From Epiperipatus broadwayi (Eukaryota; Animalia; Onychophora), in NCBI GenBank assembly GCA_028023455.1, contig JAQFVV010000002.1, positions 33,294,001-33,358,000 on the forward strand: a DNA stretch of 64,000 nt, given 5' to 3'. Shown here piece by piece: positions 39,257-53,739 of this stretch (positions are counted from its first letter, which is position 1; every line of letters starts with the position of its first letter). The translations under genes were made by a program, and so were the position numbers. The notes under the pieces are model-generated. The model did no database searches and was not told the origin of the DNA. It saw nothing but the letters and a program-made list of their open reading frames with translations.

Positions 39257-40247
39257 CAAGTGGATAGAAACCATCTTGTATGAAAGTGGTGTAATGAAAA
39301 TTACATTACAAAAATATTAAGTTTATAATTCGTATTGGATAAATTTTAAAATTAGCATGCTCACACAAAAAATGAGGCATTAACATAAAAACATGCAACA
39401 TATGCATGGCCATCTGTAGAATTTTAAATAGTGGGCAGTCATTTAAAAGAAACAAGTTATATTTAAACATTTTAAATAATAATCATCCTGATAGAAAAAA
39501 ACTTTAATGGTAGTTTAATTTTTTTTTTTTTAAAAAAAAGGCAGTCTTAGTTCGTTTTTTGTTTTTTAAGTAAACAATGTTTAATTTTCTTTAAAGTAAA
39601 AAAAAAGTGAGATCAAATTTTAATGGCTAACCAATAAAACAAAACATTTCTTATTCAATTTTAAAGCGTTGGAAAATAAAAGATTATATCACAGCACTCC
39701 TGTAAAGATAAAAACGACTTCTATTAATAAATAATGAGTTAACATGTACCCCCCCCCCCATTCCCATTGACAAAAAAGGAAAGTGCTTCCTTTTTAAAAA
39801 ACAACAACTTATAAACAGCCAAAAACCTACAAATTAGCTGGTAATAAAAACCCAGCACTTGTGTTTTTAAACAAATGTTAATTTTTTTTTGCTTCTTTAA
39901 GTTAGTGAATAAGATGGGAAGAGGGGCAAATGTTAACACTGAATTTGTTATATTGTAATTTATTTATTTTTACACACAAAACTTGAACTTTTCAATTTAA
40001 TTTACTTCCTTATTTTCTTGATTTTAAATATATATGCAGGAACATATATTGCAATATGAATATTCCTGCACTGGATAATTGTATTTTATATTTGTATATA
40101 AAAATAAATACTGCAGAGCATTTATTAGACTTAAGCTAACTAAAAATTGAGGTCCCTTCCCCAATTTTTTTTAATTGTATAAAAAAGACACTTATGTCTA
40201 TTTACTCAGCGTATTGATACATAGCAAAGTCTTTATTAAATTATTTA

Positions 40248-40600
40248 GCAGGCAAAACTCACTATACATATTGCCACACACAGCAAGCTAGAGTAATCAA
40301 TGGATGCCAGAAGGCTTGTGCATAAAATCCCCATCTAGTGCCTACTCATCCAATATCCCCAGACTAGTTTCTAGGTGCAGTGCTCTCAGATCCAAGGCTC
40401 CTCACTGACGAAGGCCAAAAGCCAGAAACTAGTTTGGGGATATTGGATGAGTAGGCACTAGATGGGGATTTTATGCACAAGCCTTCTGGCATCCATTGAT
40501 TACTCTAGTTTGCTGTGTGTGGCAATACATATAGTGAGTTCTGCCTGTTTTAACAACAGTTATACACAAGCATAAGAGGTGGTGGTCATGTGATGTTTAT
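40248..40600. mobile_element. Family A tail-out palindrome
   Basis: Inverted arm 40248-40373 joined via CTAG to forward copy 40370-40600. Confidence 0.9.
40390..40448 (+). ncRNA. Minimal type I hammerhead motif (family A)
   Basis: ATCCAA-GGC-TCCTCA-CTGACGA-AGGC-CAAAA-GCCA-GAAA-CTAG-TT-TGGGGA-TA-TTGGAT. Confidence 0.75.
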
Positions 40601-40689
40601 TGGCTTAAAATTATTTAACTTTAAGATGTGTGCAATATAAATTAAACAAAATATAATATAAAATAAAAACATACAAATATGTTTAACAT

Positions 40690-43100
40690 CGTATTAGTTG
40701 AAAATGAAGCAAATTTAAAAATGCTGTCTATGCAAGTTTTCAGATACAAAGTTAGAACTAATATTATCAAAGGAGGAACAGGATTGTAAGAGAATTGAGC
40801 CTTTTTTGAAGTCATGGTTTATTGATCATTTGCCTAATAATCAATAAAATCAAAAAAAATTCAGAAAGCTACCTCAACTTTAGGAAATAAAGATTATACC
40901 TTGCACTATAATATAAGCACTTTGAAATGACATGTTTTGTTTTTCTGAGTAATTATCATTTGGATAAAGATGAAATAAAATCAATTTTTTATAAAATTTT
41001 AATCAAAATCTTTAGGGTGAAACTGAATTAAAAATGCTACTTTTTTTTGCAAATCTTGATTTTTTTTGACTAAAATTCATAAGCAATGAGAATTTTTTCA
41101 AAATATCAACATATACTTTTGCTTTTTGTTGCAAATTTGTTTGAAGTTTGTCAGTCACTGGAAGAAATGATTTTATTTTTAAAATGTCTCTTGAAAATAG
41201 TGATTCTAGTGCATCGGGAGCATTTTCATCATTTGGTTGTTTTTTTCTTATTATTTTTCTTTTCCTTGAGTTATTGTAATCAACATCACGTAGTTGCTTT
41301 TTAGTTCTTGTCTCGATTTCATCAAATTGATCTCTTATTTCATTGAGATAATCAGACAAAGATAAAAATAATTTTGCATATATACTTAAGGAAGTTTGGG
41401 TATTTTGAATAGCTTTAGAAATTCAATGAAATTGCTTCAAAATATCTTTTAGAATTAGCATGAACATGAACTCAAATTCTTCCATTTTGTCCTCAATGTC
41501 TTTTTTGTCTCTTTTCATATCACTGCTCTCAGTTCATTGTTTTGTATTTCATTTAAAGTCTCAACAATAGTATCATAATTTTGCACAAATGCAGAAGTGG
41601 CTTTGGAATGAGTTTCCCATCGTGTATTTGATAGACTTAATCACCAGATAATCTATAGCCAAATGAGATTTGTGTTAACCATCATTTGGTAGTAACAGAG
41701 AAAAAGTTATATATTTCCTAACAAGTCCAAAAAAATTCACTGCTCCAAAACAACAATACATGGTGACTCGGCCTGCAAGATTTAAAGAATGTCCAGTGCA
41801 AGGAATGTAAATTACAAATTGATTTTGTTGTAAAATTACGGCTTGCATACTTTTATATTTTTTTGACATATTAGCCATGTTGTTGTCATACGACTGGCCT
41901 CAACATTTCTTAAAATCAAGTTCATGCTCAGTCATTAAATAATAGTTTTAGTGAGATTTTCTTCAGTGATGGCAAAAATGTAATGAAACGTCATCAGGAT
42001 ATCAATTGCAGGAGATATATATTGAAGAAAAATTGTCAACTGATCAATGTTTGATAAATCTGGCATCAAATCAACCGATAAACTAAAATATCTTGTTTCT
42101 TTTACATCATTCAAAATAGATTTCCTTACATCATTTGCCATTTTTTCAATTAATTCCTCATATATTGTTTTTGACAAGTATGATGCTTTTTCCGATCTAG
42201 CATTTCCAAACTGTCCAATATGCCTCACTAAAAAAGGATCAAATTAATCCAGAAATTCCAACAGTGCTAAGTAATTTACATTTTGAGATTTACATTTTCA
42301 TCAGTTCCGCGAAATGGTAAGCCATACTCTGCTTAAGTTTTTATCACTGTCACAACTCATTTTAAGATTAGTTTACAATATTCTTCAACTTCTCTTACTT
42401 GATCTTCTATTGCACAATCAATTGTTAGAGTTCCTTGTTTATTTTAGCATAGCTGTTTTATGATCTGCTGATTTTTCTTGAGATTCAATTGATATTCGAT
42501 TTTCTCAGTCATTAAATCCATTATTTACAAATGCTGATAAGAAAGTAGACCACATTTTGTAAACAAAATGTTATGTGCAACCAGTTGTAGGAGAGTATAA
42601 AAGCCCCAGAAAATGATATCGTGTTTGATTTTTGAATGTCTGTTTTGAATTTACAAAAGATTCATTTCAATGTTGACATTCTTCTGGTCCTTTTCTAATC
42701 CAAAATAATATATCTTTGGAACGAGAAGTCTAACATCCAATGTTATTGCTTAGTTCTATAGTGCTGAATTTCAGGCTCTTCTATTAATTTTTTGTTGAAT
42801 ACATTTTCCACACAATGTAAATTTATTGATTCACTTGTGTTGGATGCAGTTTTTTTAGTATTCATGTAGCTTACATTTTCATTGTCTATCACAGCATTTG
42901 ATGAAAATGGACTTTCTTCTTTTGAGATGGGCAAATCATTTCTATTCATAGATGATATTGTTGTTGGTTTTTAAAAAGTGTTTAGTTTAGATAAATGAGT
43001 ATTTAACAAATTTATCTTTTTTCTTTTTCGGGCGCCACTTTCAAATCTCTTCATTTTTTATCTATGCAGAAATTTTAAATGCAAGATATTACTATTTGTA
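40690..43100 (-). mobile_element. Decayed hAT transposon (ZMYM1-like transposase)
   Basis: YLSKTIYEELI, YFSLSVDLMPDLSNIDQLT, YIPCTGHSLNL and C-terminal KRLNSLTIL fragments across frameshifts. Confidence 0.88.
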
Positions 43101-44517
43101 AATATTTCAAAAATATTTATCGATTCCACATAGAATATAAAGCTATAAAAATTAACGTATTGTAAAGAAATCATTAATTATATTATAAGAATGAATAAAT
43201 TTTTTATTTTTGCTTGCTTCACAAAATTTTATGAGTGAATATATTTCGATGTACGTTCAATTTTATGACCACTTCGACTTCAACAAACTTTCTTTTTAAG
43301 TATGTAACTAAAATATGAAGAAAAAAAGGCAATTTTTTTATAACATACTTATAAGCAAGGCATATTACTTTTAGGGTGGAAAAAAATCAAAATTTTGCGG
43401 AATTGCACTACAAAATAATTCTAACTTCAACATCCACCCTCCTTTTAAGACATTCATGTGTTCATGCAAGAACTTCATTGCCTGAAGACTAAACTAATCA
43501 ATTATTGGAATATCAACAGCAAGTATCATGTTTCCAAATGCAACAATCTTTTACAGTTTTAAATGAGCATTAAGGTATACATTTTTGTTTAATCGAACCA
43601 TAGCTATTAAAAACTTAAATAATTTATTACCTGAAAATGATCCAAATGCTCGAGATAATTATGACATCATACTAATTGTCCAATAGTGATTAAAATTGTA
43701 GATTTTATCATTAGTAAGTGATAAAAATTTCCTCATCGCTTTCAAAAGTCTGTGAAAGCTGGAAGCCATCTTGACAACCTTTGAACACCAGAGGTGAATT
43801 TCAATCATCTTTTTTTACAGGGTAGTATAAAAAATTTTTCTCTGTTCAATTTTTTTTTAAAAAAAATTTAGAGTCCTGAGGCCCCAGGCGTTAACTTCTT
43901 TAGCTTAATGGTATTGCAGTGGCATTTTGCTAAAATATTGGTTAAAATGATATTAATATTATATCTATGGGAATTTATCTTCCACTGTTCTTTAATTCGA
44001 TTTTCATGTGATTTTTCTGGAACCAATCAAACGTGAAGAATGGAGATGCCTTGTACAAGTCTCAGTCTCATTTCACAATTCAAACATTCCACATCTGCTA
44101 TTTGCAAAATCAAATCACAAGGGTATGGAATTGAATAAATGGTTAGTTTCCATACCAATGCAGAGGTAAAACCACTAACCAGGCATCTTAGGAAATTATA
44201 AAAACTGACTAAATTGATATATATATTGAGGCGGGGGGGCATGTTAATTACCAACGTCATCTAATGAGATTCTGCTTCAGGATGAAATGATTATTGGGTT
44301 TTTTTATGCATTGATATGGGTGATTAGCTATTTATTCATGTTTGTATGCGGTTTGCTTAACCAACTTTGTTACATATATTTAAACCTATTTTGATATAAT
44401 TATATATTGGACTATTTTTATCGTCTAGAATTAATTGTTGAATGTTTTTAGAAAAATTCAAATTTTATTTAAATTTTCCAATTACATTCAACTGTTAGTA
44501 ATAGCACACAAGTTAGT

Positions 44518-47200
44518 GCAGAGCTGTCCAACACGACCCGCGGTTAAAGTTTGTGCGGCCCACTTAGAGATTTTTATTTTTCCGAAGGAAAAAAGTAAAA
44601 TAATAATTTGAATCAAATGCTTACTAGTTACTTTGATACTACCACCAATTGTTAATCTTGATAATAATTATCTAATGTTTTTACATCACTGTATACCCAT
44701 ATACTTTTCAAATATAAGATGTGTTTAAGTGGATAATTTGTGAGCGGTTAGTGCATAGTTAGTTTTGCTCAGTTATAGTTTTTTAAAATTTTATAAATTG
44801 AACAAGTATCATCTCAGTACCTTTCTAGGGGTATCTATATTTTGCAAAAATCAAGTTACTTAAATTTTGCTCGTAGTGTAAGTTTTATGCACTTTTTTTG
44901 AATTTTAATGGTATTTTATACAGATGTAGTCTAAATGTAAGTCATTTAATTTTTCCACTTTTTGCATTATAGCTATAATTATTTTGTTTTACTTTTTTAC
45001 ACAAATATAATAATAAATAAAATAAAATTTATTTCATTATAATAACAGATCAGTTTTATTAAAGGAAAACAACTCATTCCAGTTAGAAGTGGTGTAAATG
45101 AAAATAATTTTATTTTTCCATTATTTGCGATCTATGATTATATTATACTTATTGTAAATAATTGCTTGTAATAAAAATAAAAAAGTCAAATTCGGAATCA
45201 TAAAATCACAAATTAACATTTCTCGAGTGTTTGTTATCTTGTAGCTGGTGTAAATTAATATTTTTTTTATTTTTTTGCAACGCATCAAACAATTGTGCCT
45301 AATAAGAAAAGAAAAATTAAAGATGAAAGATGAGTGTATCACAGTCAATAGGAATAGGGCTGTTTGATTACAAAAAAAATAAAGAAATAAAAATAGCTTT
45401 CAATGTCTGGAGCAGATTGAAGCCCCTTCATTAAAATTTGAAGATTTTCTATCTTAAATGTAAACCGAGCATGATTATATATATGTGTGTAGGAGATGGT
45501 GATCCAGACCAAGTGATAAGGGCTGGTTCAGCAGGAAATACGTAAATTGGAGATCATATATCTTTTTTTCTTGTATGTGATCATGTATCGCTTATATAAG
45601 ATGGAGTGGATGTCTGACGGGAGCTTGAAAGTCTGAGTTCAAATCCCATCTAATTACATAATGCAAGTTTTGTCAGTGCCTTAAGAGTACAATGTAAACG
45701 ACATTGCACAATAAAACATTTGAGATATATTCTGGAGAATCAAGAAGCATTATTATTGGAAAATATAATAAATTGATATATCAAGCTAATTATTTTGAAA
45801 AATGTAACATTGTACAAATAGTTTAGCGCCACTTCATACAAAGTAGCATGGGATTTAGCGAATGCAAACCAGTCTTAGTGATGGTATGTTAGTGAAGAAA
45901 TGTGCAACTGAAACGGGAATACAATATAATGAGTCACAATTAGCTGAGAAGTTCCAAATAGTGGCATTATTATAATGAACAGGTCATTGCAAGTTATGTA
46001 TAGTTCACGGATCAACGTTTCAAAAAAGCTGTACGATTTAATAGTAAAATATGAATATTTTGTATTATATGTGGATGAAAGCATTGATCAAGAAGACCCA
46101 AGTCAACTTTTGAATTTTTGTTTGAATTATTCAAGAGAATTGTACTATTAATAAAAAAACTCGTTAGTCTCATATCTTTATATAGAACGAATATTGATAT
46201 TTTTGAAACAGATCAAAACTGTTATAAATTGTGAGGAATTCCATAAATGTTCCTCCATTGTAATAGGTGGGACCAAAACCATAGTTGGAACTGGAAGTGA
46301 TGTTTGTGGGCTATTGAAACAAAATAATATTAACCGCTGCTACGAAAATAATATTATACAAGGAGGCAATAGATTTCTGACTCGTTACAAGTTTCTTGAA
46401 TGAAATGGATTGTGCTTATGGTAATTTATTCCATTATGCATTCACTAGTTGAATGCTGGGAGATGTCTGGAATACTTTTTTGCTATTTGGAAAAAAATAC
46501 CCATATATTTTTTAAAGTGATGTCAAGTCTGACACAATAGAAACTTGAAAATCAAATATAAGACCCCATATTTTTATCAAATCTTGTGTTTTTAACAGAT
46601 ATTGGCCATTACTTGAATGAGTTGAACTTAAAACTGCAGGAGAAACAATAAAATATTATCAATTTATATGGTCATTTGAATGGCTTTAAAAGTAAATTGA
46701 AGTCTTTTAAATTAGCACTTGCTTATAATGGTTTTATCTTTTTTTTCTTCAAATTACAAAGAACATTTTGAAGAAATGAAAATTTTTAAAGAAATGTTAT
46801 TTTCATCCCATAGAAAATATATTGAGATATACATTGAGGATTTTGAGAATCGATTTAATGATTTTAAGAAAATTGAAGATATTTCAATTATACACTTTTA
46901 ACACCAATAGAAAGGGGAAAGATTTTTTTAGATTAGTACCAATAGAGTTTTCCAAAATTGAGAAACTTTGGACTTGAAATGTGCTTAATATTCAAAGCAC
47001 TTACTTTTGCAAAAGTACAATTTCAGCGATGAAATTTGTTAAGTCAAGATACTGATGCTCATTGACAGATAATTCTTCAGCAAAATTTACTGCCATTGAC
47101 AATTATAAATGAAGCCAAACTATTGCAAATTTCTCACTAAAGTCATATATTATAAGCAATTTTTATATCTTGTCTACTGTTTCAATAAAAACTTTTATAA
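44518..47200 (+). mobile_element. Decayed hAT transposon (Charlie/SPIN, GTF2IRD2-like)
   Basis: 5' end CAGAGCTGTCCAACACGACCCGCGG...TGCGGCCC; LVFLTDIGHYLNELNLKLQ; STYFC..TISAMKFVKSRY..SLTD. Confidence 0.82.
45465..45700 (+). mobile_element. Family B copy inserted in the hAT element, hammerhead core mutated
   Basis: GACCAA-GTGATAA-GGGCTGGTTCAGCAG-GAAA-TACGTA-AA-TTGG; GAAAGTCTGAGTTCAAATCCC end. Confidence 0.8.
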
Positions 47201-49785
47201 AAGTAAATGCTTTCCAATAATTTAATATGTATATATATTCAATTTATTATTTTGAATACGTCTTGGATGATGTTTTTTTTAGTGTGATTTTTGGATTATT
47301 AAAGGTAGGATAGTCCTGAGTTAATTTATGGTACAATGTTTCAAGTGGTATTGTTCTCTTGAGGTATTTCTGGTCTAACAAGAGGTAATAATACCATGGG
47401 AATTCTACTTGGGATTTTTAGATTCATCTGCATTGAATTTAAGATGAAATTCTAACCAATTAGGCTATTCTGTCAACGACAACAAACAGTAAAGATTTTA
47501 TATGTCATCTATGAGGGTCTTCCTGATTTCTACATCGTTAATAAATGGTTTCCAAACTTTGTGGATTGTTACACTGGTTAACGTATGGGGTTATTTGCCA
47601 ATATCGCATGAATATATTTTTAAATTTTCTTTTTATCTTCTCTCTGTCCAATATTTTTGTCTTTTCCCAATTGAACATATATTTATTCATACATGCATGG
47701 TCTGGTACTTTAAATACATCTGGTTTTTTCTTCTTTAATCATTATTTTGTGCTCTCACCCCCACCCCCCAATGGGATGGCTGTTTTCACCGACATATGTT
47801 TTCCACATTCACGTGGTATTTGAAAAAAAAAATTTTTTTTTAGCATTTCCAGTTTGGGTTTTGCAGAGGTTAAGATTTCTCATAGTGTACTATGGCTTTG
47901 GAAAGTTTGCAGATTTTTAAAAATTTATCTCTTATCCCTGGTATGTATGGATACACTACTGTACCTATATGTATATTATAATGGGATAGAACAGAGGGAT
48001 TTGATCCGGGGTGATGGAAAATAGCATCATCAATTCCACTTCAACAAGATATTTCAAATAATGAAATTTAATAAAAAGTACAAAATTTAAATAAGTTATT
48101 AAAAAAATGTTAAAGTAATGTTTAACATCAAAAAATATATAACCAATTTTTATCTATCAAAGAGAGAGTATGACACCAAAAGATCTCTGAGAGATTAGTC
48201 AGCTAGAGATCAGTTAGTTAACTCTTTAGAGCAACTACATTTATTTTTAATTAACCATCAACCAGCATTATAAAAAAATATAAAGAAGCAATACTCAAAA
48301 TAACTATCCATCATCATGAATGATCAAAATCAAAAGAAATCAACACTCAATCTGGTGATTGGATTGGAAATGGGTCTTCTGTAGACCAGGCTAGCTATTG
48401 AGTCTTTGCCAGCTTGGACAATTATTTAAACCTAACTTGAATGTACCAACTCAAGTGCTCATCCATTAGAATATACAACCATAAGTATCAAAACAATAAT
48501 GCTGGGACATTAAAACATGCTGATCATCATCAATGCTCTAGCCACTTACTACCATTAATGTACTGGCCAACTATATACTTAATTTTTAATTAGACTAAAC
48601 TAAACTAAAATGTAATACAGGGGCTTTGAAGAATATCCTTTTCTGCACTAACCAGAATGATGATTGATCATCACTGAATGTTCCCTAAGCACTAATACAT
48701 CCCCATATATTCATCCGTTATACTCAAATATAGCTCAGAGAACATAAGTTCTATTACTGTTATGTGACCAAGAGATGATGGAAACTGATATTCTAAAAAC
48801 ATTTAGAACCACTAGAATAATTTTCATAATTGAACACAAGTTTATTAATAAAAAAATATTAAGATCTCTCAGATTTCTGATTTTGAATAATATACAATAA
48901 TAAAAGTTATCCCATTGTGATTTACAAGATTAATATACAAATTTCAAGTTATTATATTGATTACATTACTTTTTGATAGGGTTTTATAAATGCTTATATA
49001 TATATATGCATATCAGTGGAATATATTAATTGATTTACATAACATTTGAATTTATCAAAATAATAGAATTACATTAATTTTTATCTAAATGTGTCCTATC
49101 TATATGTACACACACATTTTATGACTATCTCAATCATCATAAAATAATAAATGATTAAAAATTTAAGTTACTACCTTTTAATGATGCAGATATCTATTAA
49201 CATATATGTGTGTGCATATGGAAATGTATGTGCATGCTATTGTTTATACCATATCTTTTAACTTTTCAAAATAATAGAGTTATTAAAATGTACATTTTCA
49301 CAATTAAATTCTTTGTTGAAATTATATTTTAACTTTCACATATTTTTATGGTAAGTTTTATTTTGCTGTGTATAGTTTCCTTTTTTTCCACTTTAAAATA
49401 AGTACTATCAAATTATTGACAGTTGATTAATTATCAACACCTTTTAAATTAATCTAAAAGGTTTTTTTTTTTTTGATTTCTATTTTTTTTCAAAAAAGTA
49501 AAATAAAATCAGTCTTTAACTGATTATAATGTTTTTTTAGAATTATTGAAAAATATAAATTTCGAAATGTCATTTTTGTTCTCTCAACAAATGAGCTTAA
49601 ACAAAATCATTCTATATTATATATTCATTTTTAGAATGTCATTTTTAAGGAATATGAAAATTATTTTTTTGCAAAATATATATAGCAAATCGTCTCTTTA
49701 GCAAATTATTTAATTGTTTACTTTAAGTTATTAAGTTAAAATGTCTTTTTAAGGAATATAAAAAAAATACAATTCTCTGTATATA

Positions 49786-50741
49786 CATCTGGGTCTCGTT
49801 TTACGCCATAGATATGTTCCTCAGAAAACACGCGCAAACGAAATCGCGCAAAAATAGACGTAACTTACATTGAAAAAGGGGGGATACAGACTGTGATTTT
49901 TCAAAAATCGCGTAAAAGCAAAGCACCAACGTAAAATTACTTTAAAGTTCGCGCAAAAAAAAAATAAGGAAATAAAATATGACTAATAAAAAATTTCAAA
50001 TTTGAAAAAAATTGATACAAGACAAACTTTTTTTAACTATAATATTTAATTTTATTCAAAACAATATATTTTTGTGCATAATTTACATTTTTTAATACAC
50101 GTTTTAATTATTATCGCTATTACCGATAAACAGGTTCGTTTGCAAACTGGTAAAAAATCAGATTCTTCACAAGAGGAAATACAACTAGTGCCAACATCAC
50201 TCTCATGTTGGGTTAATGGTTTTCTGGTGACAATATAATTAGTAATTAATCTAACAACTAAAAATTAAATTCTTATTTTTGTCTTTAATTTTTTAATTTT
50301 CTATTTTTATTGTGCCCACTGCTATTACTCATCTTTTAAAAATAAACTTGTGGACACTAAATGATTAATAATTGATTATGTTTTTTTTTAAAAAGCAAAA
50401 ACAGAATGTGATTTAAAATGCAAAATTAACATGCACAATGTTTGAACAAATTTACATTATAATCTTGTAAAATTTAATGTGGGTATACATAAAATGTGGA
50501 AATCATGATTTTAATTTCATTATTGCATAAAATCTTACTATTATAAAGCACTGAAAATATTGAAATTACTGAGATGAAAGTCGAATTCCAATAATGTGCT
50601 ATTACTTTCAATATGACATAAGTGCGCAAAATTTATTATTTAGAGTAATAGCGCATTATCGGAGTTCGACTTCCGGAGAAACGTGAATCATGTAACTTCA
50701 AAATCGCATTAAATAAATCCACGTAAAAAGAGACCCAGGAG
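49786..50741. mobile_element. Tigger/pogo-like non-autonomous DNA transposon
   Basis: TA-flanked TIRs CATCTGGGTCTCGTTTTACG / CGTAAAAAGAGACCCAGGAG; internal hairpin at 50577-50673. Confidence 0.75.
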
Positions 50742-51439
50742 TACATTTTTTACTTTTTTAATTTTTTATTTTTACCTTTTATAATTTTACCATCTCTCCA
50801 ACATTATTGGCCACTTTCTGCTATAGTTACCAACAAACTGCAGCTAACTCTTCACAAAATATTTTAGCCAAACTTTGCAGCTAGCTATGAGTCAACTGAT
50901 TCACAAAAATATTAAGACAAGAACTGTTTTGGCCACCTGCTCAAAATATTAAAACCAGATTCTTCTGGCCAGCTCTTAACAAAAACTGCAAGTCAAACTG
51001 AACTAATCTTTTTATCCAAACCTTTTATAGACTTGGATTGAGGTGACAACAACACTAATTTAAAAACTGTGGGGTTTTTTTTCTTAGCTCTTGATTGGAA
51101 ACAATTTTAATCCCTCCAAAAGCACTTTTAATTAAAAAACTACATTTGGAAATCTTATCAAAGATTTTTTTTTTAAATAGATAATAGAAATGTAAACAAG
51201 CATTAATAATAAATTTTAATTAAAAGATTTCAAAAGTAAACCCTTCTTGTTTTTAAATTTCAAAATCAGAATAATAAATATTTATTAGACCTTTTTAAAA
51301 AATATTTATTTCATAATGAAATTCTGTTTTAAATTCAGAATTATTTAACCCTTATAGGATTATTATTCTCAGTGAATGTAGAAAATATCTACTAAAAATT
51401 TTTGTCTGTATTTATTTCTATTTTTTCTTTCAACTTTAT

Positions 51440-52500
51440 ATATGTTTGTGCACACACTATATTATTGTGTGCCATATAACAGACCTGTTATAATATATAT
51501 ATATTGATATTTCTTTTTGAGTGTGCATGTTTAAAGTTTTCTTAATGATAATTGATGGATAACCATTCTTCATGAGAGTTTGTTCTATATAAGACTTTTC
51601 CAAATCTCTGGTATCTGAATTTAGTTCTTTTGCTTGTTTCCACAGAAGTGATATAACTTCAGTTTTGGTGTTTTTCATGGTTGGATGTATATGCAAACTA
51701 TTTTTCTGTATATATGGTTTTTCTGTAGACTATTTTTGATTTTTCTATGAAGAACAAATAAAAATGCAAATTTAAATTTTTATTCTAATTTTATTGTGGA
51801 TTCAGGCAAAAAAGAAATGTTTCTATGTGTGATCAGAATGTTTGTGTGTTTTGTCATATGATTATATAACAAAATATTACTAGCATACCAAAAGTAGACA
51901 CTAGATGGAAATGAATATTTATAGCTGAGATTTCAAGTTTTTTCAAGAAAATGTTTCTGGTCTGGAGTTACGTTGATGAACCTATAGCCATCCATTGATT
52001 TTGTTGAAAGAATTCTGTATTGTTTTGAAAATATGTTGGTATTTGCATGATGTTAAAAGTTCCATTGTACTATCAGTTGTGAGAGATGTTATGGTTTGTA
52101 GGTTATTAATCTTATTCTAATCTTTTCCCTAAAATATGCAGTGTTTCACCATGGTACATTTGTAAATAAGCTTTTTATATTAAAGCTTACCAATATGTCT
52201 TTTTTTTTTTAATTTTATTAATTTTACAAGTGCTTAGACTCTCTGACAAAGGATTGGGTTTTGTATGCCAAAGTCATAGGAAGGTTAAGAAGAAATGTTG
52301 ACCACTTTCAGCATTTCTAGACAATAATAGATCTTTGATGGAACACAGTCCTTGTGAATTTTAGGTAAACTATAAAGGTATAGAATTTTACTGAAAATTT
52401 TCCCTATGTTTTGAATGATATGTATTTTTCTAACCTGATAAATGTGTTAATCATCCTAGACAAACTGATCAACTCTGATTAATCTATATTAGAATGTTTA
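51440..52500 (-). mobile_element. Decayed Penelope-like element reverse transcriptase
   Basis: rc SLFTNVP, MAIGSS...NIFLKKLE, VYRK..YT, HP.MK...L...A..L.SD...LE...I...L.KNGYP..II.K in the expected order. Confidence 0.8.
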
Positions 52501-52521
52501 CAAAAGAACTTTCTCTTATAA

Positions 52522-52690
52522 CATCACATGATCACTATTTCTTATGCTTGCGTATAACTTATTAAACAGACAAAACTCTCCATACAGTATTCCTCTGGCT
52601 TGCACTGAGTGGCAATACTGTATGGAGAGTTTTGCCTGTTTTAATAACAGTTATAAGCAAGCATAAGAAATGGTGATCATATGATATTTG
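52522..52690. mobile_element. Family A short tail-out hairpin
   Basis: CACATGATCACTATTTCTTATGCTTG...CTCTCCATACAGTATT / AATACTGTATGGAGAG...CAAGCATAAGAAATGGTGATCATATG. Confidence 0.88.
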
Positions 52691-52701
52691 TTGTCTTGAA
52701 A

Positions 52702-53100
52702 CCAATCCTGCCTAATAGGATAGTGGTGGCTATTGTTATTAAAGAACCAAAGAGACCAAAATGTATAGGTACTGAACTGAGTTCAGACCTATATGACTAT
52801 ATAAGCTAATGAGCTTGGATTGAAGATATTATTGTGTTTTCAATTTAAGACTCATAGTTTTGTAGTTAAGTAGAGATAAAAGGCGGTTGCTGGAGGGTTG
52901 CATTAGATCCTAAGATTTAGGTGCAGTGCTCTCAGATCTAAGGCTCCTCACTGATGAATGCCACAAGCTAGAAACTAGTCTGCGGATATTGGATGAGTAG
53001 GCAATAGATGGGGATTTTATGCACAAGCCTTCTGGCAATTATTGATTACTCTGCATTGCACTGAGTGGCAATACTGTATGGAGAGTTTTGCCTGTTTTAA
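52702..53100 (+). mobile_element. Family A, full-length copy with hammerhead motif (52945-52986)
   Basis: TCCTCA-CTGATGA-ATGC-CACAA-GCTA-GAAA-CTAG-TC-TGCGGA. Confidence 0.88.
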
Positions 53101-53739
53101 CTTTATCTCATATTAAAACACCAGATTTAATTATACAAAACATCATTTTTTCACATTGAGATAGTTGTTTTCCAAATAGTTATAAAATTGCAAAGAAAGG
53201 AATGCTTTTAATTTTTAAATGGTATAAAGTTTTGCCATCTTTTTATCTGTTGTGAGATGTCTTATTTTGTTATCATAATCAGTAATAACTATTATAGTTG
53301 CAGCATTGCTATTGGCAGCAAGGAGAATGTTTATATGTTTAGTTTGGGAGATTTAATAGCTTTCCTTTCTTCTTAGAAAAAGCTTGATTTGGATATTTGG
53401 TGTCTCTCAATTGTTTTTTTATTCTCCATAATTCCATTGCTTCTTGAGGCATTTTTTGAATGTCTTACTAAATGTTATAATATTTGAAATGCTGAAAAAC
53501 AAAAATCATCTATGAAATACCGTCAGTAAAACAAAGTGAACCATTGAAAAATGATGAAAGTAGCACAAAAGAATGTTTAAAAAGGAAAAAAAAACCCATA
53601 TATCTAAAGTAGCAGACCGTGCTTGTATCAATAAACATGTTGGATTAGTAAGACTAGAATATTGGACAGAAGAAAAAAGTAAAAAGAAAAAAAAATTAAT
53701 GGAGCTGCACACCGGGTAATGCCAAATAAATCTGTAAGT

